Source: Tubiluchus corallicola (Eukaryota; Animalia; Priapulida). From it: DNA of 64,000 nt. The notes under the pieces were generated by a model. The model was given only the letters and a program-made list of their open reading frames with translations. It had not been told where the DNA came from and ran no database searches. Shown in pieces: positions 63,665-64,000 of this stretch (the stretch's first letter is position 1; every line of letters starts with the position of its first letter). The DNA is taken from positions 87,695 through 151,694 of the forward strand of contig JAQGDQ010000533.1 in assembly GCA_030141605.1 (NCBI GenBank), given 5' to 3'. A program made the position numbers and the translations under genes.

Positions 63665-64000
63665 CTGTTGGAAAATGAGAAACAAAACAAAATTTAGCTG
63701 ATTGCAAACATCTGTTTCAGTGCTAAAATCTGCATTTTCAGTGCTAAAACATAAAACAAAATGTATTTTTTTCTTGTAGCATTTGTACTTCCGATGTTAT
63801 TTCAATTAATATTATTTTATTATTACAAATATTACATATTATTACAGTGATTACAAATGTAATTAGTGACTTTATCCAGCTATCAGCCTTAGTTGAGCAT
63901 TTTCCAACTAACTCAAAACTGTGTATGTGGCAGACATCAAATAAAATTGCAGGAAACGACTGCTAAAACTTTGCCCATGAACGAGTTAAACGTGGCAAAA

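Overview
AT-rich, microsatellite-rich eukaryotic (metazoan, most likely invertebrate) genomic DNA with spliceosomal introns. Almost all ORF-track entries are spurious. Four protein-coding genes could be assembled by hand from splice sites and frame continuity. (1) RNF10 E3 ligase, + strand, 11 exons from 838 to 13599, 5' end outside the window, with one probable GC-AG intron. (2) An unrecognised 183-aa secreted, Cys-free Gly/Ser/Tyr/Lys/Arg-rich modular protein, - strand, 19038-17324. (3) A 331-aa RERG-like Ras-family GTPase, - strand, 4 exons from 58396 to 22180, with a 29-kb first intron, a long N-terminal extension and atypical G-box residues. (4) The last coding exon of BMS1, - strand, 63664-63449, followed by decayed tandem copies of its own coding end. 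Intergenic and intronic DNA holds at least four families of TTAA-flanked Kolobok/T2-type MITEs, hAT-like MITEs, Rex1- and RTE-type LINE remnants, tRNA-derived SINE heads, several minisatellites, a long palindrome with degenerate hammerhead-ribozyme cores, and recurrent CTCF-like and NRF1-like motifs, some amplified in tandem. All homology calls are from recall of the protein or element families, not from database searches.
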